In this document: positions 47,868 to 58,302 of the stretch, in pieces
How positions within the stretch are numbered: the first letter of the stretch is position 1
Layout: each line of letters begins with the position of its first letter
IMG/VR virus record: IMGVR_UViG_3300045988_107814
Location: 128,001-192,000 of that record
Strand: one strand, 5' to 3'
Source of the DNA: a virus
DNA length: 64,000 nucleotides
Program-made: the position numbers and the translations under genes
The notes under the pieces: generated by a model
What the model was told of the DNA's origin: nothing
Database searches by the model: none
The model's input: only the letters and a program-made list of their open reading frames with translations

Positions 47868-50282
47868 TTAAACCTTCTTTACTCTCATTTTTACAACTTC
47901 TCCACCTTTAATCATTTTAATTCCAGTACTAATACTTGTACCAGACGGAATACTAGATACAGGAATTTCAATAATTTCTCCAGTAGGTGCAATAGTTGCC
48001 TCTAGAATTTCATTTTGATTTACACCGCACATAGCTACGATGTTGTCTGTCTTACTAAGTTTAATCACATTACTACCAGCTTTACTTCTTCCCTTTTGTA
48101 CACAATCTGGAATAATTCTGTTAACATAACCATTCTTAGTAACTACTACAATATCCTTAAATCCCTTACAAATAACAGACATACCTTCAACGTTAGTTGT
48201 TTTACTAGACATTGAGATACAGCCTCTTGAATTTCGTTTAAGAATAGGAATCTCATTAATATCGATTCTCAAAGCTTTCTTACTACCATATACTACGATC
48301 TCTGCATTATTGTTAAACATAAGCATATCGATAATTTTATCATTACCATCAAGCTTACAATACACAAGACCACTAGTGGGAACATTAAGAAAATCAGTAG
48401 TTGTCATTCTCTTAATAAATCCATCCTTTGTAAGGGTAACAACAAATCCTTTACTATATTGCTCCATTACTACATCATATACTACAGATGTGATTTGAGA
48501 ATTAATATACTTATTAATCAATCGAATATCAATACCACTTGAGTTTTTATCTGCAAATGGAATTTTAGCAATTGGAATGTTATAAACTTTACCAAACTCA
48601 TCAAACAACAAAATGTTTCTGCTGTTATCACCAGCTACAACAAATTTTACATTATCATTCTTAGGTTTAGTAATAGGATCATTTACTCCAATCTTTTTAA
48701 TGAAGTTATTTTCAGTAATAACAACTTTAAATGTTCCAGCTGCTACACCATTAACTTCAGATTCTGAAATGAGTTTGCATTTTCTAGGCATACCATATTT
48801 TGCTTTAATTTCAAGAAGCTCATTGATAATATTCTGCTCGATAGCACCATCTGTAACAATGACATCTGTACAAGCTTTAATATCTTGATTCAATTTAACT
48901 TCTTCTTGTTTAAAGATATTATAATATCCCTTTGAAAGTTTCTTCAGTTCACAATTGATAAAGAACTTAGCTTGAATATCAGTAATCTTACATTTCTTGA
49001 TCAGCATTTCAATCAATACATTATCATCTGTAGATTTATTACTTTTAATCATATTGATAATGTCGTCAGAAATACCTCTCTCAATTGCCATAATATACAT
49101 ACTGATAACATGCTTTCTTGTCATAAGCTTCTGAATACGATTATCAAAGTATCTTAACTTGGTAAGCTTTCTAAACTCAATCCAAGCTTTTAGATACCCA
49201 GTATAAGATAATCTCTTTACAGGATACGCTCTATCTCCAGTATCCATAACTTTAAGATTAACTCTTGCCGTCTGGAGAAGATTAGTATTCTTATAAATTT
49301 CATTACGAATATAATTTGGATCCGTACCAGGTTTAAGAACAATTACAAATCTCATATGATCAAGATCAGACTTATGCTTTTTACCAGTTCTGTCTTTCTC
49401 AATAAAAGATTGTTCTTCCATATCAATGATACCAATAATCTTGTTCTTTTTAACCATTTCTGTTAACTTAAGAATTGCAGTTTCTAGAAACGTTTGATTA
49501 GGACAAGACTTAATAACAAGTGTTTGACAATCCCTATATTTGTTATTATCACCTTTATAAGGTTCAATATCAATTACACTTCTTACTTTATAATTACCAT
49601 ATCCTTTAGCACTAATATCGGCCCAGTCAGTATCTACGATTTCACATGCTTGACAATGATCTGGAACTAATGCAATCTTTGCTTTTGGATTTTGAATCAA
49701 AGTAATAGTAGCATCTATTACTTCATTGATATTATGTGATGGGATATCTACTTTATCACCAACACTAATACCTGTACAACCGTTAATCAATAACAGTGGT
49801 ACTTTACAAGGTAGAAAATTAGGTTCAGGTTTAGATTCATCATAATTCCTTCCCCAATCTACAACTTCTTTAAATGATACCAACTCATCAAGAATACATT
49901 CCTGAGCAAACTTACTTAACTTTACTTCAGTATAACGATAAGATGCAGGAACGTTTTGATACGTGTTACCAAAGTTACCTTGTCCTTCAAACAACGGAAT
50001 CTTTGTTTGAAACCAATTTGTCATTGTACACAGTGCTCCATAAATACTAGAGTCACCATGAGGGTGATAACCACCCATTGTAGAACCTACAATGTCTGCA
50101 CATTTTCTATTATCTAGTGCATTAGATACAAATCTTGCTGTATACAAGATTCTTCTTTGAACAGGCTTTAAACCATCTCTAAGTTCAGGAGTAGTTCTAT
50201 GTCTTTCTACATATAGAGCATACTCTTTATAGTCTTTGGTATACTGTTCATTAGCTTTTGTGTCTACGATAGTTTGTGGCAT
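47868..50282 (-). CDS. gyrA: type IIA DNA topoisomerase subunit A (GyrA/ParC-like)
   Basis: GLKPVQRRILY, YHPHGDSSIYGAL, catalytic-Tyr segment PASYRYTEVKL (compare AAMRYTEARL). Confidence 0.9.
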   Translation of the reverse strand: MPQTIVDTKANEQYTKDYKEYALYVERHRTTPELRDGLKPVQRRILYTARFVSNALDNRKCADIVGSTMGGYHPHGDSSIYGALCTMTNWFQTKIPLFEGQGNFGNTYQNVPASYRYTEVKLSKFAQECILDELVSFKEVVDWGRNYDESKPEPNFLPCKVPLLLINGCTGISVGDKVDIPSHNINEVIDATITLIQNPKAKIALVPDHCQACEIVDTDWADISAKGYGNYKVRSVIDIEPYKGDNNKYRDCQTLVIKSCPNQTFLETAILKLTEMVKKNKIIGIIDMEEQSFIEKDRTGKKHKSDLDHMRFVIVLKPGTDPNYIRNEIYKNTNLLQTARVNLKVMDTGDRAYPVKRLSYTGYLKAWIEFRKLTKLRYFDNRIQKLMTRKHVISMYIMAIERGISDDIINMIKSNKSTDDNVLIEMLIKKCKITDIQAKFFINCELKKLSKGYYNIFKQEEVKLNQDIKACTDVIVTDGAIEQNIINELLEIKAKYGMPRKCKLISESEVNGVAAGTFKVVITENNFIKKIGVNDPITKPKNDNVKFVVAGDNSRNILLFDEFGKVYNIPIAKIPFADKNSSGIDIRLINKYINSQITSVVYDVVMEQYSKGFVVTLTKDGFIKRMTTTDFLNVPTSGLVYCKLDGNDKIIDMLMFNNNAEIVVYGSKKALRIDINEIPILKRNSRGCISMSSKTTNVEGMSVICKGFKDIVVVTKNGYVNRIIPDCVQKGRSKAGSNVIKLSKTDNIVAMCGVNQNEILEATIAPTGEIIEIPVSSIPSGTSISTGIKMIKGGEVVKMRVKKV

Positions 50283-50413
50283 ATAAATACCTCCAATTAT
50301 TTTATTTATTAAGCTGTTGTTGCTTAATCATTTTTATAATATATAGACATATCAAAATTTCCTCTCTACGAGACTTGCCCGTAGAGAGGATTGGAGATTA
50401 TCTCATGTATCTA

Positions 50414-50902
50414 TTATTCAGAAACTTCTGCCTTAGCATAGTCTTCGGAATCTGTAACTTCATCCATCATATCCTTTTCGAGGTCTGCATAGTTTTCCTT
50501 AACAGACTTGCCCTTAACGATAGAGAAGGAATTTACATATGTGATTTCGCCAGTTTCATAGTCCTTATGACAACGAATACCCATTACATGCTTATCAGCA
50601 TTGAATTTACCTGCATAGGATTCTTGAACAGAAACTGTAAAGGTGTTATCAGTGTTGAACTTAATGATTGTACCGAACTGTGCATAACCCTTGAGCTGGT
50701 CGTTGTCAAACAGTTCTGCCTTGCTCATGTTTACAGGGATAGCAACCTTGTCGAAGGAAATAGAACAGAGAAGATTGTATAGAGAATCGATGTTTCCAGC
50801 ATAGAAATCAGAATCAGCGATCTCAACCTTGATCTTAGTAAACTTCGGCTTTGCCTTCTTGAACTTGTTGTCACCTTTGTTGTTGTTTTTAAAATTAGCC
50901 AT
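50414..50902 (-). CDS. hypothetical protein with basic N-terminus and acidic C-terminal tail (GC-richer gene)
   Basis: AAAGGAG RBS, own terminator. Lies between gyrB-like and gyrA-like genes. Confidence 0.7.
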   Translation of the reverse strand: MANFKNNNKGDNKFKKAKPKFTKIKVEIADSDFYAGNIDSLYNLLCSISFDKVAIPVNMSKAELFDNDQLKGYAQFGTIIKFNTDNTFTVSVQESYAGKFNADKHVMGIRCHKDYETGEITYVNSFSIVKGKSVKENYADLEKDMMDEVTDSEDYAKAEVSE

Positions 50903-50982
50903 TTTTAATTTCTCCTTTGAATAGAATTTTAAGATTTTAGATTTATTTTGTTAAATCTTTACATATTAGTTAGGTCATTAGT

Positions 50983-51012
50983 AAAAAACAACGGGCTGAT
51001 GAAACCCGTTGT
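50983..51012 (-). terminator. intrinsic terminator downstream of the gyrB-like gene
   Basis: ACAACGGG-TTTCATCAG-CCCGTTGT followed on the minus strand by TTTTTT. Confidence 0.65.
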
Positions 51013-51039
51013 CTACTAGTTTGGAATATCTTTTCTAAC

Positions 51040-53337
51040 TTATTCTTTAAGCAAAAGATCTTTGTTAGAATTGATATATCTCATTTCTTGTAACTCCTTC
51101 TCAATATCTTCGACTGTATATCTTACAAGTTTTCTATCACCATCAGGTTTTAGAGTAGACTCAGCAAGCATAACTGGATTCATTTCACCAAGTCCCTTAA
51201 ATCTCTTCAATCTAGCAGGTTTGAAACTCTCAAAGATTGTCATAAGATCATACAATGTCATTCTAGTATCGTTAACAATATATTCTGAATCAGAACTATC
51301 AATGAATGAGATTACTTCTTTACATTCTTTGATAAGCATATCATTAAAGAATACTTTATGATATTTGTCATTAGCTACACCTTCAATTATGATCATACCA
51401 TTTACTTGAGTAACTTCGATAAATCTGTACAGTTTCTTGATAATGGATTTAAACTTATTAAACGGTAATTTTCTATTGACAAGAATATGTTCTAACAACT
51501 TCGGATCAATTGCGTGATTAAACGATACTTTGTTAAGCTCACTAATATAATCTTCATTGTTATATAGGATTCTTGTAATTTCAGCAGGTTTAAGTTCTTT
51601 TCCACTAACAGATTTAATCTTATACTGTTTACTAAATTCACTCTGTACATACTTAACAAAGTCAAGCATATTAGAGAAATATTTGTAATCATTGTTACCC
51701 TTAGGAATTGCAAATAGAGGCGGTAGAGCTGCAAATAATCTTCCAGCTTCTACAAAAGGTGCACAATATAACATAAAGAATCTCAACCATAGAGTTCTAA
51801 TATGTGCACCATCTGGATCGGCATCTGCCATGATAATTACTCTAGATATCTTGCATTTAGATAAGTTAAAGTTCTTACCATATCCAGCTCCCATGATAGT
51901 CAATACACCAGAGAGTTCGTCATTTTTCAAAATCTCTGCTTTTGACTTTTCAAATGCATTTGGAATTTTACCTCTTGAAGGAAGAATACCTTGATGTGCC
52001 TGATCTCTTACGTTTCTTGCTGAACCATACGCAGAATCACCCTCAACAATTATGAGTTCGTTATCGTGCTTACTATTCGGTCTCAGATATTTTTCTGGAA
52101 GACCCGAAAACGGCGACGCTTCGAACATCGAAGACAGTTTAATTTTATCTTTGTCTTGTTTATTTCTCATCTCGATAACTTCTTTGAAATATTTACAAAG
52201 TTTCTGAAGTTCCGAAGAATGAGATTTAGACCATTCATTTAAACCGGCAATAATTGTCTGAGAAACAAAAGGTTTCATATCTTCATTACTAAGCAATTCC
52301 TTAGCTTGACCATTATATAATGCTCTAAGATGGAAAGTACTGATAGCAAGTTTAAGTCCTTGTCTAATATCTTGTACAGTACAAGTTAGTTTATTCTTTG
52401 CTTTAGAGTTCTTAAGATAAATCTTATTCATATAATCCCTAAAGTATCTAGTGATACCATCAAGAGCACCGTCTACATGAGTACCACCATCAGTAGGACA
52501 AGTGTTATTCAAGGAAATAATCTCCTCGTCGCTACCAGTATCATAGGTAAAAGCAACTTCCATCTTATGAGTACCATCATCATTTCTAATAATGATAGGT
52601 TCAATAAATGGATTTTGAGTCATATTAATAAGATGAGTTATAATACCATCTCTGTTTTCAATAGATTCAATATGCTTTTTACCACCAATATCAATGCCTG
52701 TATATTCTACATGAGTACCAATTGGAGTTGATGGTACAATGATAGAAATAAGATCATAAATATCTTTCCAAGTAGTAGTTACAGTACCAATTACTGTTTC
52801 ATTAGGAATAAACGAGATTGTAGAACCTTGTCTATCACCACATTTAATATCTACTTCACCCTTCTTCCAAATATGACCTTCGATAAATTCTACATGCTTA
52901 GCTTTACCCAGCACATAGCTATCTACAGTAAATTTACTAGAAAGGGCATTTGTAGTAGAACCACCACAACCATTCTTACCAGCAGAATATTTATATGGTT
53001 CTTTTACATAGTTAGATGAAGTATGGCTAGTACCAAAGATAATACCAATTTTACCATGAGGAATACCTCTACCATTATCACTAACTGTAACTTTATGAGT
53101 TCTTTCATCATATTCTACAAAGATATTTTGAGAAAATGCATTTCCTTTAAGAATTTCATCAATAGAGTTTTGAAAAATCTCTCTTACCATTGTAATAAAT
53201 GCAGCATTATCTTTTACTTTTCCTATATATACGTCAGGTGTTTGTCTTACCTGTTCTACAAAGTCTGAGATTTGTTTTATTTCGTCTCCATAATTCTTGG
53301 CTCTATCTTCTAATGAAGATGTTTTTATTTTCTTCAT
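51040..53337 (-). CDS. gyrB: type IIA DNA topoisomerase subunit B (GyrB/ParE-like)
   Basis: GHKL motifs EIFQNSIDE, DNGRGIP, GKNGCGGS. TOPRIM motifs VEGDSAYGSA and IMADADPDGAHI. Start moved to ATG 53337 after AAGGAGG. Confidence 0.9.
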   Translation of the reverse strand: MKKIKTSSLEDRAKNYGDEIKQISDFVEQVRQTPDVYIGKVKDNAAFITMVREIFQNSIDEILKGNAFSQNIFVEYDERTHKVTVSDNGRGIPHGKIGIIFGTSHTSSNYVKEPYKYSAGKNGCGGSTTNALSSKFTVDSYVLGKAKHVEFIEGHIWKKGEVDIKCGDRQGSTISFIPNETVIGTVTTTWKDIYDLISIIVPSTPIGTHVEYTGIDIGGKKHIESIENRDGIITHLINMTQNPFIEPIIIRNDDGTHKMEVAFTYDTGSDEEIISLNNTCPTDGGTHVDGALDGITRYFRDYMNKIYLKNSKAKNKLTCTVQDIRQGLKLAISTFHLRALYNGQAKELLSNEDMKPFVSQTIIAGLNEWSKSHSSELQKLCKYFKEVIEMRNKQDKDKIKLSSMFEASPFSGLPEKYLRPNSKHDNELIIVEGDSAYGSARNVRDQAHQGILPSRGKIPNAFEKSKAEILKNDELSGVLTIMGAGYGKNFNLSKCKISRVIIMADADPDGAHIRTLWLRFFMLYCAPFVEAGRLFAALPPLFAIPKGNNDYKYFSNMLDFVKYVQSEFSKQYKIKSVSGKELKPAEITRILYNNEDYISELNKVSFNHAIDPKLLEHILVNRKLPFNKFKSIIKKLYRFIEVTQVNGMIIIEGVANDKYHKVFFNDMLIKECKEVISFIDSSDSEYIVNDTRMTLYDLMTIFESFKPARLKRFKGLGEMNPVMLAESTLKPDGDRKLVRYTVEDIEKELQEMRYINSNKDLLLKE

Positions 53338-53472
53338 TATTGACCTCCTTAACAAAAAAGGTAGCAATTTTCAACTACCCTTTTTATAAATTTAATGTAC
53401 ACTCTACACAAAGGTAGAGTGTACACCAAACTTATGTTATATTATTGCTTATATCCTTATGAACAACTACTA

Positions 53473-54423
53473 TTATACCTTAGTAGTAGCAGTAGTTGTA
53501 TTATTCTGACCTCCCATAGCCGGATTAGCTGTAGGTGCAACAGGTGCTCCAGGCATAGGAATATTCTGAAGCTGAGGTGTTGCTGTCTGCGGCTGAGGAG
53601 TCATCTGAGGCTGCTGCTGTGGCTGGCCATTCTGAACGAAAGGATTACCACCCATCATTGTACCACCCATTGGCATAGGTGCACCCATCATTTGCTGCTG
53701 AGGATACTGTGTCGGCTGCTGCTGATATCCCATAGGCTGCTGATACGGCATCTGCTGAGGCATCATCTGCGGCTGTGTCGGCTGCTGATATGCACCTGGC
53801 ATAGGCTGCTGATAGCCCATATTGCCATTCGGAATGAAATAATTCGGAACTGCACCAATAGTACCGTTAAAGTATCCATTGTTCCAATTACCCTGATAGC
53901 CGATGCCGGATACCATATTGCTGGAATTCTTCATATCGTTCTTTAAATTAGTAATTGCATCATTGTAATATTGCGGGAACAAATTTCGTACAATGCCGAT
54001 AGCTTTGTTGATTTCATTTACGTTATCTCCACATTCTTTTGTAGTGGCTTTTGCTGTCATGCCAGCATTTGTCAGAAACGTAATCATTTGCTCTACAACT
54101 TCTTTAGATGCTACAACCATGTTAAAAGTAACATTTGTACCTTTGACTCTAACAAGATTTGTTGCCGGATCAATCACTTCAAGAGCGAGAGTTCCATCAG
54201 CATTTCTAAAATTCCATTCTTCTAGGAGCAACTGTTCCTGTGTAAGAGTCAGACCATTCTGATTTTTCTTACGGATGATATCAAGCTGTTCATTAGTAAG
54301 ATTAGATCTTACAGACTGTGGAGTATTACCAAAGACTACTCCATTGTTCTGTGCAAAGCCCATAGGCTGTGCAAATGCGTTTGCGGGCTGATTGTTCTGC
54401 TGCTGAAAAATACTTCCATACAT
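53473..54423 (-). CDS. protein with folded N-terminal domain and about 130-aa Q/P/M/G-rich low-complexity C-terminus
   Basis: AAAAGGAGG RBS. C-terminus reads ..GYQQPMPGAYQQPTQPQMMPQQMPYQQPMGYQQQPTQYPQQQMMGAPMPMGG... Strongly GC-richer, using CAG/CCG/GGC codons. Confidence 0.7.
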   Translation of the reverse strand: MYGSIFQQQNNQPANAFAQPMGFAQNNGVVFGNTPQSVRSNLTNEQLDIIRKKNQNGLTLTQEQLLLEEWNFRNADGTLALEVIDPATNLVRVKGTNVTFNMVVASKEVVEQMITFLTNAGMTAKATTKECGDNVNEINKAIGIVRNLFPQYYNDAITNLKNDMKNSSNMVSGIGYQGNWNNGYFNGTIGAVPNYFIPNGNMGYQQPMPGAYQQPTQPQMMPQQMPYQQPMGYQQQPTQYPQQQMMGAPMPMGGTMMGGNPFVQNGQPQQQPQMTPQPQTATPQLQNIPMPGAPVAPTANPAMGGQNNTTTATTKV

Positions 54424-54455
54424 GGTGTATTTTCCTCCTTTTATAAAATTTATTT

Positions 54456-54492
54456 GATTGAGATTTCTCTCTAATCATCAATATGATATATA
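54456..54492 (-). promoter_or_regulatory. promoter-like motif variant (TATATATCATATTGATGA) plus hairpin
   Basis: Minus-strand read: TATATATCATATTGATGATTAGAGAGAAATCTCAATC, upstream of the Q/P-rich gene. Confidence 0.4.
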
Positions 54493-54530
54493 ATCATTTA
54501 CTTTTTTGTTAAGTTCATTGTAAATGATTA

Positions 54531-55010
54531 TTACAGAAACTTAGTTGCGTCGATATTGATAATCTCATCGTCTGGACGCAAACCACGTTTTTCTGTAGTT
54601 GTACTATTCTGACCCATAAAGTATGTTCTTTCATCCTGTAATTGAGTCATTTGCATAAAGTAACGCTTTCTAGTTTCTTCATTAGTTAGTCCTTCATCTA
54701 CTTTTGCTTTAAGCAAATTATCTAAACATAATCTGTCTAAGACTGTACCAATAAATTCAATACTACCATAATCCATTACTTTAACACACATTGGATAAAG
54801 ACGAGAATCTAAAGTCTTAGTTTCTACAGTATTTGGGAAAATGAAATAAACTAGTTCATTTGTATCATCCCAAAGCATACAAACATCAGCTTCTGAAAAA
54901 CATTCATTGCCATCTCCACCCATTACTTTTAATGGAAGAGCTACTCCTCTTTCTTTGCCTGGAAGATTGTGTAGCTCTTTTCTTATTCTAATAACTTGTT
55001 CTTTGGTCAT
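54531..55010 (-). CDS. hypothetical protein
   Basis: AAAGGAGG RBS. 159 aa. Confidence 0.7.
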   Translation of the reverse strand: MTKEQVIRIRKELHNLPGKERGVALPLKVMGGDGNECFSEADVCMLWDDTNELVYFIFPNTVETKTLDSRLYPMCVKVMDYGSIEFIGTVLDRLCLDNLLKAKVDEGLTNEETRKRYFMQMTQLQDERTYFMGQNSTTTEKRGLRPDDEIINIDATKFL

Positions 55011-55053
55011 AGTATCAACCTCCTTTGATTTATATGAAAGTTGATACTATTAT

Positions 55054-55587
55054 TTAGATAAATCTGACCGAAGGGTTACCCCATTTATTATTAGTTTTAT
55101 AAATCAATCTACACAGATTAACCATGAAAGTATAATCTGAAAAGTTTGAATTAATAAAACCGCTGAGCATAGCATACGCATTATAATAGTATGCATATGT
55201 CTCATCAATAAAATGAATAGCTGGAATATTATTGATCTCTTCATTAATCTTTTCCAGTTGTTCTTGTCTATACTCTTCAGCAACAGAATTAACAGAGTTT
55301 ACTCTATTCTGCTTCCACTGCTGTACAATGTTATACAACGGCAAGATATTCGTGATCTTAGTAGCATAGTAATTATACAATGCCGTTGCTATAGAATAAG
55401 AACACAAATCTTTAAAATCTGGATTTGTGTTAATATTTGTTTCACCCATGTTTCCGAAATACAGATCCTTTACTACATTTTCAATGAATCTGTTAAGAGT
55501 ATCTGGATGAATCCTCGTAGTCCAATCAGGTCCAAGAGATTGTCTCTGGTTACTCATCCATGACTTTCTTTCTTTAAACTGTGCCAT
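55054..55587 (-). CDS. hypothetical protein
   Basis: AAAGGAGG RBS embedded in the end of the upstream ORF. 177 aa. Confidence 0.7.
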   Translation of the reverse strand: MAQFKERKSWMSNQRQSLGPDWTTRIHPDTLNRFIENVVKDLYFGNMGETNINTNPDFKDLCSYSIATALYNYYATKITNILPLYNIVQQWKQNRVNSVNSVAEEYRQEQLEKINEEINNIPAIHFIDETYAYYYNAYAMLSGFINSNFSDYTFMVNLCRLIYKTNNKWGNPSVRFI

Positions 55588-55591
55588 TTTA

Positions 55592-56071
55592 TTAGTCCTC
55601 CTTTAAAAATGTACCTCCAAACAATGCATTACCTGTAGTACTTGTATTGTTTGGCACTGGGTTTACTACTTCTTCTTCGATATAACTGTTAAGTTCATCG
55701 AATTCTTCATTTGGATATGACTTATTGCATAAACCAATGAATCTATAAAGAGACACTGCTTTGCCAGCATCTACTCCTTCTACCATTACGATAGACTTCT
55801 TGATGTCGATGATCTTTTCTGCTTCCATATCAGCAATAAGATAATTCTTAATTGTATTGAATACATTATATCGACCATCTACAATGATAGCTTCGTTAAC
55901 TTCAACACCCTCTGCAATCTGACTTTCCAGAGTATCGGTTGTAACGAAAATAACTGTATATCTTTTTTCTTCGGGCGATTTTGCATCAGACGGAACGATA
56001 CCTGATTTATTCATTCTGTCCAATTGTTCCTGTGTGACATGTCCATTCAATTCTGTGAACAATCCTGCCAT
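55592..56071 (-). CDS. hypothetical protein
   Basis: TAGGAGG RBS. 159 aa. Confidence 0.7.
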   Translation of the reverse strand: MAGLFTELNGHVTQEQLDRMNKSGIVPSDAKSPEEKRYTVIFVTTDTLESQIAEGVEVNEAIIVDGRYNVFNTIKNYLIADMEAEKIIDIKKSIVMVEGVDAGKAVSLYRFIGLCNKSYPNEEFDELNSYIEEEVVNPVPNNTSTTGNALFGGTFLKED

Positions 56072-56149
56072 TTTAATTTCCTCCTAAAATTTTATAAAAT
56101 GTGGATATTCTTATATATCCACATTAATAGTATATACTTAAGTGTATAT

Positions 56150-57358
56150 TTACCAAAATTTTTTAGGTCTCTTCTTTACATAGATACAATGTTGTCTAAA
56201 ACGAGTTATACCTACATAATGAAGATTATTGTTTATATTCCTATTTAGATATTCTTCAAAGTAAATTCCGTTATTAAATTCAGATCCTTGACTCATATGA
56301 GTAGTAATAGCATATCCGAATTCAAATTTATTACCTTTAGAAAAATGAGTTTGAAGAATAGAATCTCTACCTTTTTTATCTGCGACCATATATCTATAAT
56401 CTACATCTATATCTTTGAAATAAGTATTGATTATATCTGGTTTAAAAGACATCTTAAAGGTATGATCTGTATTGTTAAAACTAGATGGTGTAATCATAGA
56501 TACACAGTTACCTACAAGTCCATTAGTTAAGTTTATACCACTAGATTCTTCTTGCCAATTATTCTTTCTACAAACTAATCTCTCACCAAGATTAGGTATA
56601 GAATTAGTAAATCCAAACATATCATGTCTAACATGATTGTTTATATTATCTCGTGTTATATTCTTACTACAAATAACAATATCTGATTTAGAAATCATAT
56701 CATCATTTACTTCATCTTCGTATAACACAGTTACATTCTTGAATTTACCATGTGGTAGAGGAATTCCTTTAATAAGCATTTGAGAAAACTTAATGATTGT
56801 ATTGTCATTAGCTTGTCTCATAATCTCTGTTAGCTTATGAATTTTCCATGGTTCTGTAAGATATCCAGCTTTACCTACGACTGGTGGTAATTGATCTATA
56901 TCACCTGCGGCTATTACTGGAATACCCATCTTATCTATAACAGCACGCATTTCAATAGGAACCATGCCGGCTTCGTCTATAATAATAAGATCAAATCCAT
57001 ATAAACATTCTTTAGGAATGAATACCATTTTGTACTTTGGTTTATTGAATACTGGATCTAATATAGGACTTCCTTTATCATCAATAATAGGAACCTCTTT
57101 AAAGTCATACAACCAAGAAAAAATGGTTCCAGCATTATGTATTCCTTTTGTACGCATGTTAATAGCCGCAGACCCAGTATAAGCCATGGGTGCGATTCTA
57201 TTAACATCTATTCCAAGTGCGTTTACAATTGTATTAATAAGAAATGTTTTGCCAGAACCAGGCGGACCAGATATCTCAAATGTCTGCTCTGATCCATTAC
57301 GCCACCAATCTATAGCTTCATTAAAAACTTTTTTTTGAGATTCGTTTAATTCAATCAT
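56150..57358 (-). CDS. dda: SF1B DNA helicase (Dda/RecD-like)
   Basis: LNESQKKVFNEAI..ISGPPGSGKTF (Walker A), IIIDEAGMV (Walker B), GDIDQLPPV, ITTHMSQGSEF, YVGITRFR. The order matches T4 Dda. Confidence 0.85.
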   Translation of the reverse strand: MIELNESQKKVFNEAIDWWRNGSEQTFEISGPPGSGKTFLINTIVNALGIDVNRIAPMAYTGSAAINMRTKGIHNAGTIFSWLYDFKEVPIIDDKGSPILDPVFNKPKYKMVFIPKECLYGFDLIIIDEAGMVPIEMRAVIDKMGIPVIAAGDIDQLPPVVGKAGYLTEPWKIHKLTEIMRQANDNTIIKFSQMLIKGIPLPHGKFKNVTVLYEDEVNDDMISKSDIVICSKNITRDNINNHVRHDMFGFTNSIPNLGERLVCRKNNWQEESSGINLTNGLVGNCVSMITPSSFNNTDHTFKMSFKPDIINTYFKDIDVDYRYMVADKKGRDSILQTHFSKGNKFEFGYAITTHMSQGSEFNNGIYFEEYLNRNINNNLHYVGITRFRQHCIYVKKRPKKFW

Positions 57359-57867
57359 TTCTTTTTAACTCCTTTTATAGATTGCTGTAGGCTTCTTTCC
57401 AAATTAATCTGAGAGTCAAATAATCCCATATCTTCAATCTGATAGTTATCCATAATATAAATAAGGTCGATCCAACAAACAGATTCATTTGTAAAAGCAT
57501 GAGATACAAAGTCACCTTTATTAGTTCTACAAGTAGCATATAACATATTTGGATTATTTATATACTTAGAGATGAAAAACGAATTAACTCTAAAACTTGG
57601 ATCTTCTTTCATACGAACAATTGCATATTTGTTAAACAAGAAATATGCAATCTTTCTATTATTGAAAGGATCATAATTAATAGAATACTTATCTGGGATT
57701 TCTGACTGCACTTTGGGATAACTAATTGTCTTTCCATCAATAGTGATCGGAACTCCATTTTCAATAAAGATACCATTACTGATATTGATTTCGAGCATCA
57801 TTACGAGTTCTTGCTCGATTTGTTCCATTCTTTCCTTTACATCTGATACGTTATAACCAATTTCCAT
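57355..57867 (-). CDS. hypothetical protein
   Basis: AAAGGAG RBS. ATGA overlap with the helicase start. Confidence 0.7.
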   Translation of the reverse strand: MEIGYNVSDVKERMEQIEQELVMMLEINISNGIFIENGVPITIDGKTISYPKVQSEIPDKYSINYDPFNNRKIAYFLFNKYAIVRMKEDPSFRVNSFFISKYINNPNMLYATCRTNKGDFVSHAFTNESVCWIDLIYIMDNYQIEDMGLFDSQINLERSLQQSIKGVKKK

Positions 57868-57951
57868 AATAATTTGTTCTCCTTTACGAATTTAGTTTGA
57901 GATATGCTCTCTCAACACTTTTATAATATATAAATTGAAAGGGGTTTGAAT

Positions 57952-58302
57952 ATGAAGGATTATTCTAATTACAATTTTATCCATGAAGCAGTACTATATG
58001 AAACTGTGGATAAGTATGAAGAACAAGGATTACGACATCCATTCTTCATAAAAGCTTTAGTTCCATTAGAGACAGAAGCTGGTCAAACTATAAATATTGA
58101 TAAATCTAATATTTATAATAAAGACCTTACTTGGTTGTCTACTTATACAATGACTAGTGAAAGAACAATAGATCTATTTATACCTAAATATATTATGCTA
58201 GATTATCCAGACAAATATATTCCAAAAGGTACCAAGTTCTTAGTTGCTTTCATTGGTGGTAACTTGAATAATTGTCAAATAATTGGGAGGTGTTATGAAT
58301 GA
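57952..58302 (+). CDS. hypothetical protein (weak resemblance to small baseplate-spike OB-fold proteins)
   Basis: ATG 57952 after GAAAGGGG. C-terminal IPKGTKFLVAFIGGNLNNCQIIG resembles the gpV/gp5-type pattern G..V.V.F..GD...P.I.G. Weak. Confidence 0.55.
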   Translation: MKDYSNYNFIHEAVLYETVDKYEEQGLRHPFFIKALVPLETEAGQTINIDKSNIYNKDLTWLSTYTMTSERTIDLFIPKYIMLDYPDKYIPKGTKFLVAFIGGNLNNCQIIGRCYE

